The notes under the pieces were generated by a model, which was not told the origin of the DNA, made no database searches, and saw nothing but the letters and a program-made list of their open reading frames with translations. Source: Mobula hypostoma (Eukaryota). From it: DNA of 64,000 bases. Below are positions 49,135 through 61,800 of the stretch, piece after piece (the stretch's first letter is position 1; the number at the start of each line of letters is the position of its first letter). Position numbers and translations under genes: made by a program. The DNA lies in the NCBI RefSeq assembly GCF_963921235.1, contig NC_086108.1:76758001-76822000 (forward strand), written 5' to 3'.

Positions 49135-52100
49135 TTAATCATTTGAAAATTTATTTCAGGAGGGAGTTACAACAGGTAACAGATACTTTAGGTGTCAGCA
49201 AAAACATCAATCTCTACTTGCTGATGTTCAGGAAGAAATTACTTGTTGATGAAAGCCACGTTAGGTAATGCTGTTTCATTTTCACTTTTTATAACTAATC
49301 CAAGCAGTTAAGCCATGCAACTTCATTGAAATATATCCATTTGTCTCAAGACACAACTCAATTTACATACTCAGTGAGAGTAAAAGAAATATGAAGAAAA
49401 TCACCACTAGATTAAATAATTCCTTTCAATTGTCCTTGTATTACTCTCCAGTTAATCCAGCTTCAATTGATTCTGTGATGTTAACAAATAAAATGTAGTT
49501 TTCAAACTCAGTCTTGAAATGGTTGCAGCAGTTTCCAAACTCAGCCACTTGTTACACCATATAACCACAAAATTAATTAATAAGGCATGAAGCTCCTTAG
49601 AGTGTTTCAATATGATACTAGCATCATGTAAATACAAGTAGTATCATGCCATTTGATAAACTGAGCTTGGGTTTTCTCTTTTCATAAGAACATAATCAGA
49701 AATATGCCATTAAGCCCTTCATAGCTGCACCATTGTTCTTTAAGATCACAACTGGTCTTTTACCTCAGCTCTGCCTTCCATCACCAACCTCACTAACCCT
49801 ATACCCCTTGATTTCCTTATATAAAATTATTTATTATATTATCTACCAATTGCAGATAATGCACAGAATTTTACTAATGATTTCTTAATATCTTATTTTT
49901 CTAGTTATTTTCTATTGAGGGAATTGTGGGAAAAGAGAAAAAAACACGTTGAAGTGCTTTTTTGGATTGCAGTTTCTATGCTCATGTATCTGATAAGCAA
50001 ACTGAAAAAATTGCGGTAGTTTGACGCCTTTCTGATACTTGAAATTTCAAACTTTAATGACGGCAGAAACACCATTCCCACAGGCCAACCTGTTTGCAAT
50101 AAACTTAACCTGTTTTCACCAAATGCACTGATTTAATTCACAATACCCGGTGGGATTTTTGCAGTTTGCTTTCCAACATCAGATTTTCATGCTTTCACAT
50201 CGTATGAAAACTCTCCATGCTGACGTATTTTGTTGAGTAACCGTGGGTTACCAAAGTACGGCACAACATAGAGCTAAGAGATATTCTTCAGTTCCAATCT
50301 CCTAACAATGGAGAAGCACGAGTGCAATCTATGCATGAAAATACACAATGTGGCATCACAAAACCTGATACACTATTTCATATTTGTTACCACACACCCT
50401 AGAGTGCACGAAAGCAATTGAATTCTGCTCTATTCTATTGTCCTGCAGTGAGTGTCTGAAGGGGTCCACAGTGACGTGTATCTACAGTCTGACTACAAGG
50501 TTTTCCTAGTAACATCTAGTACAGGGTGTAAGTATACTTGGCTCATGGCCAGATTTGTCACAGTATTTGACCCAAGGAAGGAACACTAAGGACTTGGGTA
50601 GGATTGGCCAGATTACCATTGTGATTGTGAAGTTTCCCAAGTTTATTCCTTTTTTTTTCAATTTAAAGAGAATTAAAGGTACATTGAAGGAATGGAATCG
50701 GTGGCCACTAAATCATGCCTGCTTCTACATTCGGTGGCACTTGTATACTTAGATGCAGTTTAAAGCCCATCCATTGCTCCACTAGGAGGTGAGTAGGGGG
50801 AGCAAACAGAACACCAGTCACCTTGTGCTGCCTACTGATTAGTACAACAGTTGATTCTAAGATGATACTGACAGGAGTTTGGGACCACAGTGTGCTGCTG
50901 GCCACCTCGCCAGAAATGGTGCAATTGGGCCAGAGAGACCTAAGAGGAGGAAATGGAAAAAACATATCACAAAGCATGGTAAAATTCTTCAACAGAGATA
51001 AGAAGAGCCATTGTCTTGCTTTTTAAAAAAAATAGAGACAGCATTGGAATCTATAAATGATCTGGCATGTTGTCTTATCCCAAAAACGGCCTATAATTAA
51101 GGCTGCTTTATCTCTTTAGAAGGGGGTGGTGGTGGTGGTGGTGATGGGGGGGCGGGATGAGGATGTGGTGACTTAATTCTCTTCCCCGCAGCTACTGGTT
51201 AAGGTGAATATGTGAATAGCTAACCCAGCTCGGCACCTTCATTTTGTGGGTCACTGCTTGGGTAATGCTCTATTAATTTGCTCCATTTTCCCATGTGAGA
51301 CAAACTCAATTTCTTGGGTGGATTGTGAGCTAACTGTTGACACTGTGATTGATTGGTTGAACAAATGTTCCAGCCCACCTCCCCCCACCCACCTCGAGGA
51401 AAAAACTTACAGGCAGTATTTACTGCATGCTATAGTAAATGCCTCTCGCGTCATGAAAAATGACAAAAATATTGAACAATAAATAGGGTTTACAAACCCA
51501 ATTTAAAATTATTATGGTAGGCTGTCTTACAGATGGGGCTGCTTGATACTCATCTCAAACAAAATAGAATTTCCTTATCACTATTATTTTAAATCGCTAT
51601 CAAATGAGGAAATGCAATGATAAATTCAGTTTCTACTGATGGATTCTGCTGTTTGCAGTTGAATGTGGGATGACAGTGTAAACACTCGAATGCCTGTCAC
51701 ACAAATAATTTCCTACACTTGGGCACAGAATCCGATCTGAATTTGTCAAGGGCAAATGAAGTCACTATGTTTCAAGTCTGGTGGTGTATCCACACACAAA
51801 CATGAAACTTTTCTTCTTAATTTATTCTCATCATTTTACCATCCTTTGAATTTTCAAAAGTTTGTTTCAGATTCCTTTGCCTTTTTACTGAGGAAGCTTG
51901 CTCCCAGACCTCTTCAAATATTCTACTGGTTTAGGTAACATTACACAAGTGAACGGCCTTTAATTTTCTAGCTGCAAGAGTAGATAATAGGGTCCAGAGA
52001 AAAAGGCAGAAAGTGGAAATATGTGAATGATTATGTGGTTGGAAATATTTTAAGCTCCTGATAACAATTTCTCACTTTCTTTCAAAAATTCTCTGAAGTT

Positions 52101-52464
52101 TAAAGACCACAGTTGTTGGGAACAGTAGCAGATAGTGTAACTTATCCCAGATTTCTTATTCTTGAGCTAATCCTTTATAATGATCACCTCCAAGAATAAA
52201 ACTCAAAAGGCGGAAAAAGTAGTCAGCTTGTACATATTTATTAATCAGATGAATTCAGGACATTCTATAATGCCATACAGTCAATGTAATAGCGTAAGAT
52301 TTTTATAAGATAACGGTAGGTAAATATTTGATAAACAAGTGGATGACTTGTGGTTAGACTAGAATGTGGATTTACAATCAGATCATCACTGATCTTTTTA
52401 AATGTTAGAATAGGTTTGAGGGGCCAAATGGCCTACACCTTCTAACTCATGATTTTGTCCACAA

Positions 52465-53041
52465 AGAATGTGGCAGCCAGTTAGTGCACAGCAAAGTTGA
52501 GAAACTCCATTGAAATAATCACCAATTTCCTTTTTCAGAGATGCTAATTGTGGCTAGGGTGTGGGAGAGAACACTCTTAATCCTGCTTCTGCTCGTGTTG
52601 TGTCATGGGAAATTTTACCTCCACCTGAAAGGATATTCAGGGCTTCAACTTTAAATCTTATCTTAAATGTGGCATCTTTAGGAGTGAGATGGTCAAAAAC
52701 CTCTTCACACAGGGAGTGGTGAACCCTTGGAATTGTTTACCCAGAGACCTGTGGAGGCTTAGTAGTTGAGTCCTTTCAAAACAGAGATTGATAGATTTCA
52801 GATAACAAGGATGTCAACGGATATGTGGATAATGCAGGAATGTGGCTCTGAGGAAAAGATCAGCCATGATTTTGATGAACGGTGGAGCGGGTTTAGAGGG
52901 CCAAATGGCCAGTTCTGCACCTACTACAATCTTATCTGATACCACACCCTCTGGATCATCTGCTCAGGCGCTGGACTGAGTCTCAAATCCACAAGGTTTT
53001 TGACTCAGAGTCAAGAATGCTGTCACTGAGCCAAGACTGAC
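52465..53041 (-). mobile_element. Deu-domain SINE (DeuSINE/SacSINE-like), split by a CR1 tail
   Basis: GGCAGCCAGTTAGTGCACAGCAA...TGTCATGGGAAATTTTACCTCCACCTGAAAGG...TGACTCAGAG...CACTGAGCCA. Parallels 57919-58290. Confidence 0.65.
52685..52935 (+). mobile_element. CR1 3' end inserted in the DeuSINE
   Basis: CTCTTCACACAGGGAGTGGTGAACCCTTGGAAT (F.QRVV..WN region) and GATCAGCCATGAT...AGGGCCAAATGGCC. Confidence 0.75.
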
Positions 53042-54711
53042 AATAATAAAACTCAGTTAATCAGTGTGAATTACTCTTTGTTATTTACCAAGATATTAAA
53101 AAAAAGTAGGTAAACCCAACAATTTTTGTGAGTTATATTTAAAGAAAACTTTTAGCTATATGAGGGACCTGGGCCTCTTTTAATTGATGTTTTAGCAGTC
53201 TAGGTGAGGCTCCTCTCGAGATATACCAGGCTACATCTTGTTATCATATTGCTCATTCCCAGGTAACTCAATCAAGCAGTGCCCAAAAGCTTTGCACCCA
53301 AACAGACAGCTTTTTAAAATCTAAGCATTAGAATATGTCACTTTACATGTGTCAGTTTAAGGATGTTTTGTTGACATATAATCAGATACAGAATCAAGTT
53401 AGGGGGCTGGAGACAGAGAAAGGAGTGCCTAGATAATCTCATTTTGACATGGTTTTTAAGTTATTTTTAAAAGACAATGTCCAAATCTCTCTGCTGAGGA
53501 GAAGTTCAAGGGCTCCCATTAATTCAAAATGAAAATGACAAATTCATCTTCTGATGACAATTAAATGAAGTATATTGTAATTGATACTAATTGAGCCACT
53601 GAGAGCTATTTCTTACATTGTAGCCTGCACTAAAAACTGCCAACACAGCATATTTTTTTGACTTTTTTTGTCAGCAGTGAGATTTGTTCAGTCAAGCAGC
53701 TAAAGGTTTATGGGACACAGCAGTTCTTAAAAAAAATGCGACACGTGTATGATTAGTTAAAAATTTATATCAATGCCAGTCCCCGACATGAGCTTGCCTG
53801 CTGAGCTTTTCTGATCTCTACGGGTACTTGTTTCCACATCAAAAGGGGACCCCCCTTTAAATCAGCTCCTTTATAAATTTCATTTGGAATACAGGTAACT
53901 GACAATTTACATTTGTAACCAAAAATTTACTGCCTTCATCTGGTTATGTTTTTCTCCACATATTTTCCAGTCAGACATCAACCACTTGGTGCTAAAATAC
54001 AGCCATCTTTCTAACTATGACAATGTTAGCACATTTAGTTGATTTAAGAAGTTTTTTTTTCCTAATGAGCTGCTTTGTTCTTACGCCATGCTTTGTTATT
54101 TGAAGGGCAGACATGTACAGTATACTGCTCAATAATAAAGCTAATGGCATTAGACATTTGTGCCACTTTGGGGAAGAATAAAAGAAACAGGCATTAACTT
54201 CCTTAAAAATCGTTTGAAATGCTGAAGTTATTTTGATTTACTTTGGCCTGTCTCCAATTACTTCTATCAGCTAGGTTTTTCCGTTATGGCAAGAAAAGCG
54301 TCTGGTGCTGGGGACATGAAGTGGATATTTCATATATACACACACACACTTTTTCAGTGGAATAAATGGCAATTTTTGTAAAAAAATGAGGCATGAAAAT
54401 GTTGCCATATTAATTCAGTAGTATGGATTCGTATAAGGCATGTTAACAAGGTTATTTCAACATTCTGATTTCTCATAAAGATGAAACATCTGTGAAAAAT
54501 TGGTTTTAACAGCATTTTGTTTTTCTTTGAAAATATAAACATTGGTTGCAAGATACAGCAAGAGAGAAACCAGATTTGAAAAATTATTGAACCAGTGTTA
54601 ATGTAAGTTAACATGACTGAAAAGATGTGAATATAAACTGTGAATTACTTCAGTATCTGTACCTTATTAATGCTGAAGGCTCATTAATGGGTACATTTTT
54701 CTATCTATCTA

Positions 54712-54956
54712 TCAGAATAAGCCCTTCTTGTGCTTCAAGCTGCACCACCCAGCAACCCCCGGTCTATCCCTACCTTAATCACAGGACAATTTACAGTGAC
54801 CAATTAACCTAACAACCGATACGTTTTTGAAAAGTGGATGGAAACCCACATGGCCATGGGGAGAACATACAAAGTCCTCACAGACAGCGTCAGGAATTGA
54901 ACCTGTGTCGCAGGTTCTGTAAATCGCTGTGCTAAACGCTATGCTATGGTACTGCC
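54712..54956 (-). mobile_element. tRNA-derived V-domain (HE1-like) SINE
   Basis: Minus strand TAGCATAGCG...GGTTCAATTCC (B box at 54893-54903), then TTTGTATGTTCTCCCCATGGCCATGTGGGTTTCC. Confidence 0.75.
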
Positions 54957-56473
54957 TGTCAGCTCCTTGTAAGAGGAAACTTTCTATTTCTGTAGGGGCC
55001 ATTCAGTAATTGTGATATCTTCCAGATTTAAACATGCAGCCAAAGGAACAACATCAGGACTGCAGTGAAGTTTCCTCTCTGATTTTATGTCCCAGCCTCC
55101 TGTACTTCCCATGCATTAGCCAAGGGCCACACAAGGTACAGGTGTGCAGCTTGCCAATGTGTTATTGAGACAACATATGCTTGTGACTTCATCACAAGGT
55201 ATTGGCAGCACCCATGTTGCTCTCAAGGACGCCAGACCTATTGCATCAGCGGAAGAGGATCTATTTTCAGGAGATTCCAATGTTCGGTGAAACTCCAGTG
55301 TTCAACAAACACTCTTTCTGTTGTCTGGTGCATTACCCTGTTAGCAGCATCTTTCTTGAGGGATGTGAGACATCTAATGAAGAAAGCTTGAACTTGAGGA
55401 AGCTGAAATTTAATTTACAAGGCTTCTTGATTAGAAATAGACTTCAGGAATACATTTGCAATTCACTGGTGAGCTCCATTGTCATTTGGTTGTTTCAATT
55501 AAACTGTTGTAGAAGGACATACCTGTAATTGGAAGGGACTGTGGCTAGCAGAATTTTAGTAAGACTAGAAGAAGCATTCCACAGGCAATGATTTTGAATT
55601 ATTTTGCTAATATTCTAACTATTGAGCAAAGATGGACCTTATTATTCCAGGACATTGTTAATGAATGACACCCAAACTTGTTGAGTCATAGTACCTGAAG
55701 GATAGCGCTGAAATCCTCTGGTCTAAATTCCAGATGGCTGTGCAAACCATATTCCAAATGTAAATATGTTCATGCTTGTCAGTGCAGGAACCTTGTCTGA
55801 GTTCTACCCAAGTAGGGTTGTGTGGCTTTAACTTTTTCAGGCATCGGCAGGACTCCAGAGCAAATACTTTAATTCTAAAGCTATGGTATTGCTGTCAGTG
55901 CTCTTGGTTTGGACAAATAGAATTATCCTGGTGAAAGGTGATGTATATACCTCTCGCACAAGGAAAAATTATTAAATAGAGGCACAGTTTTCATGAGCTT
56001 TAATTTCTGCCTATGCCATACATCTCATTTCCCCTCCAAAAAAGGGATCTCGTTTAGAAGACAATAAAAGTGCTTGAAGAATCGGCAATCTTCCCTTGAC
56101 TAGTTTGCACATTTGGAAGGAGACAAATGGATGATTCGCCTGGCCACAGAGTATACTTAATGCTGGCTTCCCGTGAGACCAAATCAGCAAATGTTATGTA
56201 TGTTAAATCTCCTCAGAATCAGTATCAGGTTTATTATCACTGACATATCACTGAAATTTGCAAAATAGCAGTCATTCTTTCTTCACACATCATGCCTACT
56301 TCTTTCGCCCCGATGATAAGTGTCTCTCGCTCTGTATTCTTTCCTGTAAGTTGTTCTAACTATCCGATCTGTTCACATCTTCTTCATGTAAGTGGGTGAT
56401 AACATGCAATATTGAAACAAAGCTGTTAGCAGATCTGCAGGAACATTATTTGGCATATTCAGACAGATGCCCT

Positions 56474-56580
56474 GAACACACAAAACGCTGGAGGAACTCC
56501 ATGGAGGGAAATAAGCAGTCGATGTTTTGGATGGAGACCCTTCATCAGGACTGGAAGGAAAGAGGGAAGATAGCCAATAC
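56474..56580 (-). mobile_element. Short Penelope-like pLTR fragment
   Basis: Minus strand CAGTCCTGATGAAGGGTCTCCATCCAAAACATCGACTG, a hammerhead with GAAA lost. Confidence 0.7.
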
Positions 56581-56806
56581 AAAAATCAACCTCATTTGCA
56601 AAATCAAAGGATATGAAAAAAAGAATGACTTGCATTTATTCAGTATCACTGATGTCCCTATCAGGACATTCCACAGTGTCTTACAACTAAGGGTATACTC
56701 TTGAACTTCAAACATGAGGAAATCTGCAGATGCTGGAAATTCAAGCTACACACACAAAATGCTGGTGGAACACAGCAGGCCAGACAGCATCCATAGCAAG
56801 AAGCAC

Positions 56807-56842
56807 AGTCAACGTTTCGGGCCGAGACCCTTCATCAGGACT
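56807..56842 (-). ncRNA. Minimal type I hammerhead ribozyme, core apparently intact
   Basis: AGUC-CUGAUGA-A-GGGU(CUCG)GCCC-GAAAC-GUU^GACU: stem I AGUC/GACU, stem II, GAAA, palindromic ACGU stem III and a GUU cleavage triplet. Confidence 0.75.
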
Positions 56843-57811
56843 AACTGAAAGAAGAGATAATAAGAGATTTGAAAGTGGGAGGGGGAGGGGGAGATCCGAA
56901 ATGATAGGAGAAGACAGGAGGGGAAGGGATAGAGCTAAGAGCTGGAAAGTTGATTGGCAAAAGGGATACAAGGCTGGAGAAGGGAGAGGATCATGGGACA
57001 GGAGGCCTAGGGAGAAAGAAATGGGGAGGGGAGCGCCAGATGAAGATGGAGAGCAGGCAAGGAGTTATTGTGAGAGGGACAGAGAGAGAAAAAAAGGGGG
57101 ATAAATAAATAAATAAATAAATAAATGAGGGATGGGGTAAGAATGGGAGGAGGGGCATTAACGGAAGCTAGAGAAGTCAATGTTCATGCCATCAGGTTGG
57201 AGGCTACCCAGACGGAATATAAGGTGTTGTTTCTCCAACCTGAGTGTGACTTCATCTTTGCAGTAGAGGAGGCCATGGATAGACATATCAGAATAGGAAT
57301 GGGACGAGGAATTAAAATGTGTGGCCACTGGGAGATCCTATTCTGATATGTCTATCCACAGCCTCCTCTACCGTCAAGATGAAGCCACACTCAGGTTGGA
57401 GGGACAACACCTTATATTCCGTCTGGGTAGCCTCCAACCTGATGGCATGAACATTGACTTCTCTAACTTCCATTAATGACCCCCTCCCATTCTTACCCCA
57501 TCCCTCATTTATTTATTTATTTCTCTCTCTCTCTCTCTCCCCCCCCTCCCCTCTTTCTCTTTTTTCTCTCTCCGTCCCTCTCACAATAACTCCTTGCCTG
57601 CTGTCCATTTTCCTCTGGTGCTCCCCTCCCCATTTCTTTCTCCCTAGGCCTCCCGTCCCATGATCCTCTCCCTTCTCTAGCCTTGTATCCCTTTTGCCAA
57701 TCAACTTTCCAGCTCTTAGCTCCATCCCTCCCCCTCCTGTCTTCTCCTATCATTTTGGATCTCCCCCTCATCCTCCCACATTCAAATCTCTTACTATCTC
57801 TTCTTTCAGTT

Positions 57812-57847
57812 AGTGCTGATGAAGGGTCTCAGCCCGAAACAGCAACT
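57812..57847 (+). ncRNA. Hammerhead ribozyme copy, predicted inactive
   Basis: AGUG-CUGAUGA-AGGGUCUCAGCCC-GAAAC-AGC-AACU. The NUH triplet is lost and stem I is weakened. Confidence 0.6.
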
Positions 57848-58740
57848 GTGCTTCTTGCTATGGATGTTGTCTGGCCTGTTGCGTTCCACCAGCATTTTGT
57901 GTGCGCCTCTTGAACTTCGGTCACTGTTGAAATGCAGCAATGCAGCAGCCAGATTGTGCAGAGCAAGTTCGCACAACAATCGTACAATAAAAGACTGATG
58001 AAATATTTTTAGTCAAATCTAAAGGAGTATGAAATTAAGACTAAATCCTTCCCTTCTCTTAGTAGAGGCACCTTTTGTCATTTCTGTCTTCATTTGAAAG
58101 GGTAGATAAGGCCTTGGTTTAACATTTCATCTTCAAGTTAACATCACTGACAGTGCAGAACAACATCAGTGTCACCAAATTGTCATTGGAGTGTCCAGCC
58201 TAGACTGTAGTCTCAAGGCTATAGAGCATTAACCTGAAAATACAGCCTTATGACCAAGAGGCACGAGTTTAACCAAATGAATCACAGCTGGCATAACTTA
58301 TAAAGGTAACATGGGTAAACTGTGATAAATTAAGGAGGAAATTAGTCACCATTTCATTTAAGAGAAACGTGTTTTGTTCTTATATTTAATTTTGAGAAAT
58401 CGTTGAATGTTTGAAATGACTCTTATGATTCAGAGCCTAAGACCCGAATTTTCCTGAGTGTGGCCTGCCTGCAGCACTCACCGCATGTCTCCTATAGGTC
58501 TGAATTTGCGTCTTTTAGTTCTGTATAGTTGAACTCTATGTCTGAGATCAACATTACACATGAGCAGCAAGGCACTGAGCAATGGCTAAGGCTGCAGCAA
58601 GATAATCAGGTGACATGGGCAGGTCAGGTCAAAATTGCTCTGGACACCTTTATAGTGAAGGCAAAACTCTGACCTCAGCTTTGCCATCTTTTAAAATAGT
58701 CATGGATAATTAATGTTCCTGAAAGTCCCTCTCCTTAAGA

Positions 58741-58880
58741 CTAGAAGACATAGGAGCAGAGTTAGGCTGTTTGGTCCATTAAGTCTGCTCCACCATTCTA
58801 CCATGGCTGATTTCTTCTTCCTCTCATCCCCATTCTCTTGCCTTCTCCCTATAATCTTTGGCATCCTTACTAATCAAGAA
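58741..58880 (-). mobile_element. CR1 3' tail
   Basis: AAGACATAGGAGCAGAGTTAGGCTG...CCATGGCTGAT, flanked by CTTAAGA at 58734-58740 and 58881-58887. Confidence 0.75.
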
Positions 58881-61800
58881 CTTAAGATACATTAAAAAAA
58901 ATCTATCAGAAATGAAATAAAACATGTGATTCTTCATAAGTCTTTCCTTTAAAAATATTAACTAAAGCACTTTTGAAAAGTTAAAAAGATTAAAGCAAAC
59001 ATAAATAACAAAAAATATATAAGTTAGCTTATTCTCACTTTTTCTCCTTGCAACCTTACAATTGAAATGATTAGGCTTGAGGATCCGAGCTCAAGTTCAG
59101 CAGCATAAACTCTGAGTGATGTCAGCTTGCTCCTGAATTCAGCACAGAGCCCAGTGGCAGAGTGCAGCTGGGAAATCCCCAGCCAACTCAGCCAGCAGGG
59201 TCAAGAGTTCTACATTTATGTGTAAGTCATGACATTATGGGCACATATATAGTTAAATGCCAGCAGCGTGGAACTATCTGACAAAAGCTGAGCAATATAC
59301 TTTTCAACAACGAATATTTTTTTTAAAATAAATGCATAAGGAAGTGTGATGTGACAGTGGCAGGGGAAATTTATCCCCCCCCCCAAAAAAAGTTTTTACA
59401 TGATATTCCTTTGGAGCGATTAGGGTGGGACTGAATGCAGCCAAGTTGCAGTTTTGATTCTACAGATATCACAGGATTTGAGATCAACAAAAGCATCAGC
59501 GATGATCCCTAGTTTTCCTTGGGTAAAATGGGTATATAGCCACACATGAAGTCAATATTTATACAGTGTTTAAAATTCATTGGAGCACCTGTGCTGCAGA
59601 TCCAATAAGTACTTCCATCTGGGTCTGTGTGTGTAGTTAGAACCTTACCAACTCTTTATCCTGACAAATCATGACGCACAGATATGTAGTAAAACTAATT
59701 TATCATATGCGAACATTGCACTACGGAACCATAACAGAAGAACTAGACTTTGGCAAGTGTATTACACGGATAATGTATTTGACATTAATAAACTGGTGTA
59801 TAGCTCAATATCACAGATGTGGGATGCCGATAAAGTGTGACAGATTGCTTATTGATGAAATACATATGTTTGGAGTCATCAGCATAGGTTTCCGGTACAG
59901 AATAAGGTAGATTGTTACATAGTTTAGTGTAGTGGGACTAAAATCTTTTGCATGCTGTGATGAAAGAAACAGCCTGTGTTCTGGGATATAAAGTAGTGGA
60001 AACTCAAAAGGAACAAAAGGACTTCAAGATGTTAATGGGTGAAGATTCTGTTCACAGTGAACCGGTCAGGTTAACAGCTTGATCATGACGCAGCTGGTAA
60101 TATGGGGAAGGCATTATGTCAAAGTTATGTCTACTGCAATTAATTTATATGTTGTTTATTTTAATAAAATGCAGCCATTTTAAAGAAAAAAGCAGTACAA
60201 TTTCTCATACTGTGAAAAATCAAACTGACATAGTAACTGCAGCAAAATGTTCTGAATCTGTTTGTTACTGATGTGATACCGTCTGTTTTAGTATGGCAGA
60301 GGAATACAAGAACATTGATTAGTTTCAGTTATTTTGGATCAACTCCAAGTGAGACTCCACCTTTTTGTGATCTATGAGACAATGGAGTTGGATTCTTCCA
60401 TTAATAACTCTTTGGATAAATATATTTGAACCCGAAGAATTATTTTGTAAATGAGATTTTTGACTGGCTGTAGATGACTCATCTTCATGTACTTGCTAAA
60501 GGAGCTTTTTGTTCAAGTTAACAAGTTATACAATTAGAAGGGCTCATTGCAAAGAGTTCTACATGAATTGAGTATTTTGTTTGTTTTATTTTTGGTTGCT
60601 TATGTTGTTCAAAATTTCCTGAACTATTTAGACCTCAGGAACTATAAATTTTGATAGAGTTCAGTAACATTTAATTGAAAGTCAATGAATTCTGTAATAA
60701 TAAACGGGAAATTAAATTTATGCTTCACACATGTCACTTGGAAAAAATCTCTAGTGTCAAATGTTCCAGTGATTCTTGGGCTTCTTTTTAATAATACATG
60801 GAAGCTAAGGGTGACCCATTATTTGGTTCTTCTTTTCTATTATAAGCGGCACTGGTTATCCCAATCCTATTGTTGACAATTCTGTTAGATCTGTGAACGT
60901 TGGAAGTGCCTGTTAACAACACCAGCTGCATTCTCATCCTCTTCCTTGTCTGTGAAGCTGTTGGCTTGATTATGACTTGATAATGATATCTAAGTACATG
61001 TCCTCTCCATCAGTCATGGCTTCAAACTTCTCTTTCCTGTTTCTGCAAGCAATGGTGATGCCCAAAATCAAGACAGAGGTGTCCAGACAACACCAATATT
61101 GCATATTTACTTGACATCTGCACACGGAGACATTGAAGATTGCTTTGACTGGTCAAATTTGACAAAGATTCTTATCAGCTTCTTGTTTTCTGGGTAAGTA
61201 ATTGCTCAGTATGTACTTACCTGAGTCATCCACTGTCCACTGCATCCCTCAAGAGTTTATTTTATTTTGGTATAAGGAATATTTTTGCAGAACAATAGCA
61301 GAGGAGGGAACTCAGGTGATTTGCATCTTAAGATGTCATAGTCTATGGTCACATTTGCAATTCTTTGTTAAGCAATGAAGGAAAATAATATCAATAACAG
61401 TTGGTATGCTATGACTGCACCCATAGCTTATGCCCAATCCTGTAAACCGCAGGTCACTGTCCTTTGAAATTCCCCAAAACCTAACTACTCAATAGAATTC
61501 TGAGCAGTTTGATCTCCATTTTCCCTCCCAAAAGAGGACTCTCAGGAACTACCTGGAATGTAGTTACAGGTAGGTAATGATGAAAGGGGGATTTCAGGAT
61601 TGTGTCATATTTGTCTTAGAAAATGTTTTATTTTGAGAAGACGTTAAAATTTTCACTTTGTTTATGAGTCTTATCTGGTTTAAGGACTATAGTGCTTTAC
61701 TAACAACTTCAAAGGCTTTACATATAACTTTTATACGTTAAGTTCACAATATATTTAGACTTTCTGACTAGCAGAGAAAGAATCAGTTTTGAATGCATGA

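Larger units (their letters stand above)
56710..57906. mobile_element. Penelope-like (Neptune-type) head-to-head inverted insertion, ~1.2 kb palindrome
   Basis: Both arms encode the GIY-YIG C-terminus: minus 57158-57337 DLPVATHFN...LRLEKQHLIFRLGSLQPDGMNIDF*, and plus 57336-57476. Each arm also carries a pLTR. TSD CTCTTGAACTTC at 56698-56709 and 57907-57918. Confidence 0.92.
56622..58290 (-). mobile_element. Deu-domain SINE split by the Penelope palindrome
   Basis: The 3' tail ACTTGCATTTATT...CAGGACATTCC at 56622-56709 continues after the insertion as GTCACTGTTG...GCAGCCAGATTGTGCAGAGCAAG...GGTTTAACATTTCATC...GACAGTGCAG. Confidence 0.7.

Noticed and set aside
56730..57913. Multiple G/R/E-rich and L/S/P-rich ORFs, mirrored at 7310-7696 and 41813-42284
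   Set aside because: They arise from the purine/pyrimidine-skewed Penelope pLTR and are not host genes.
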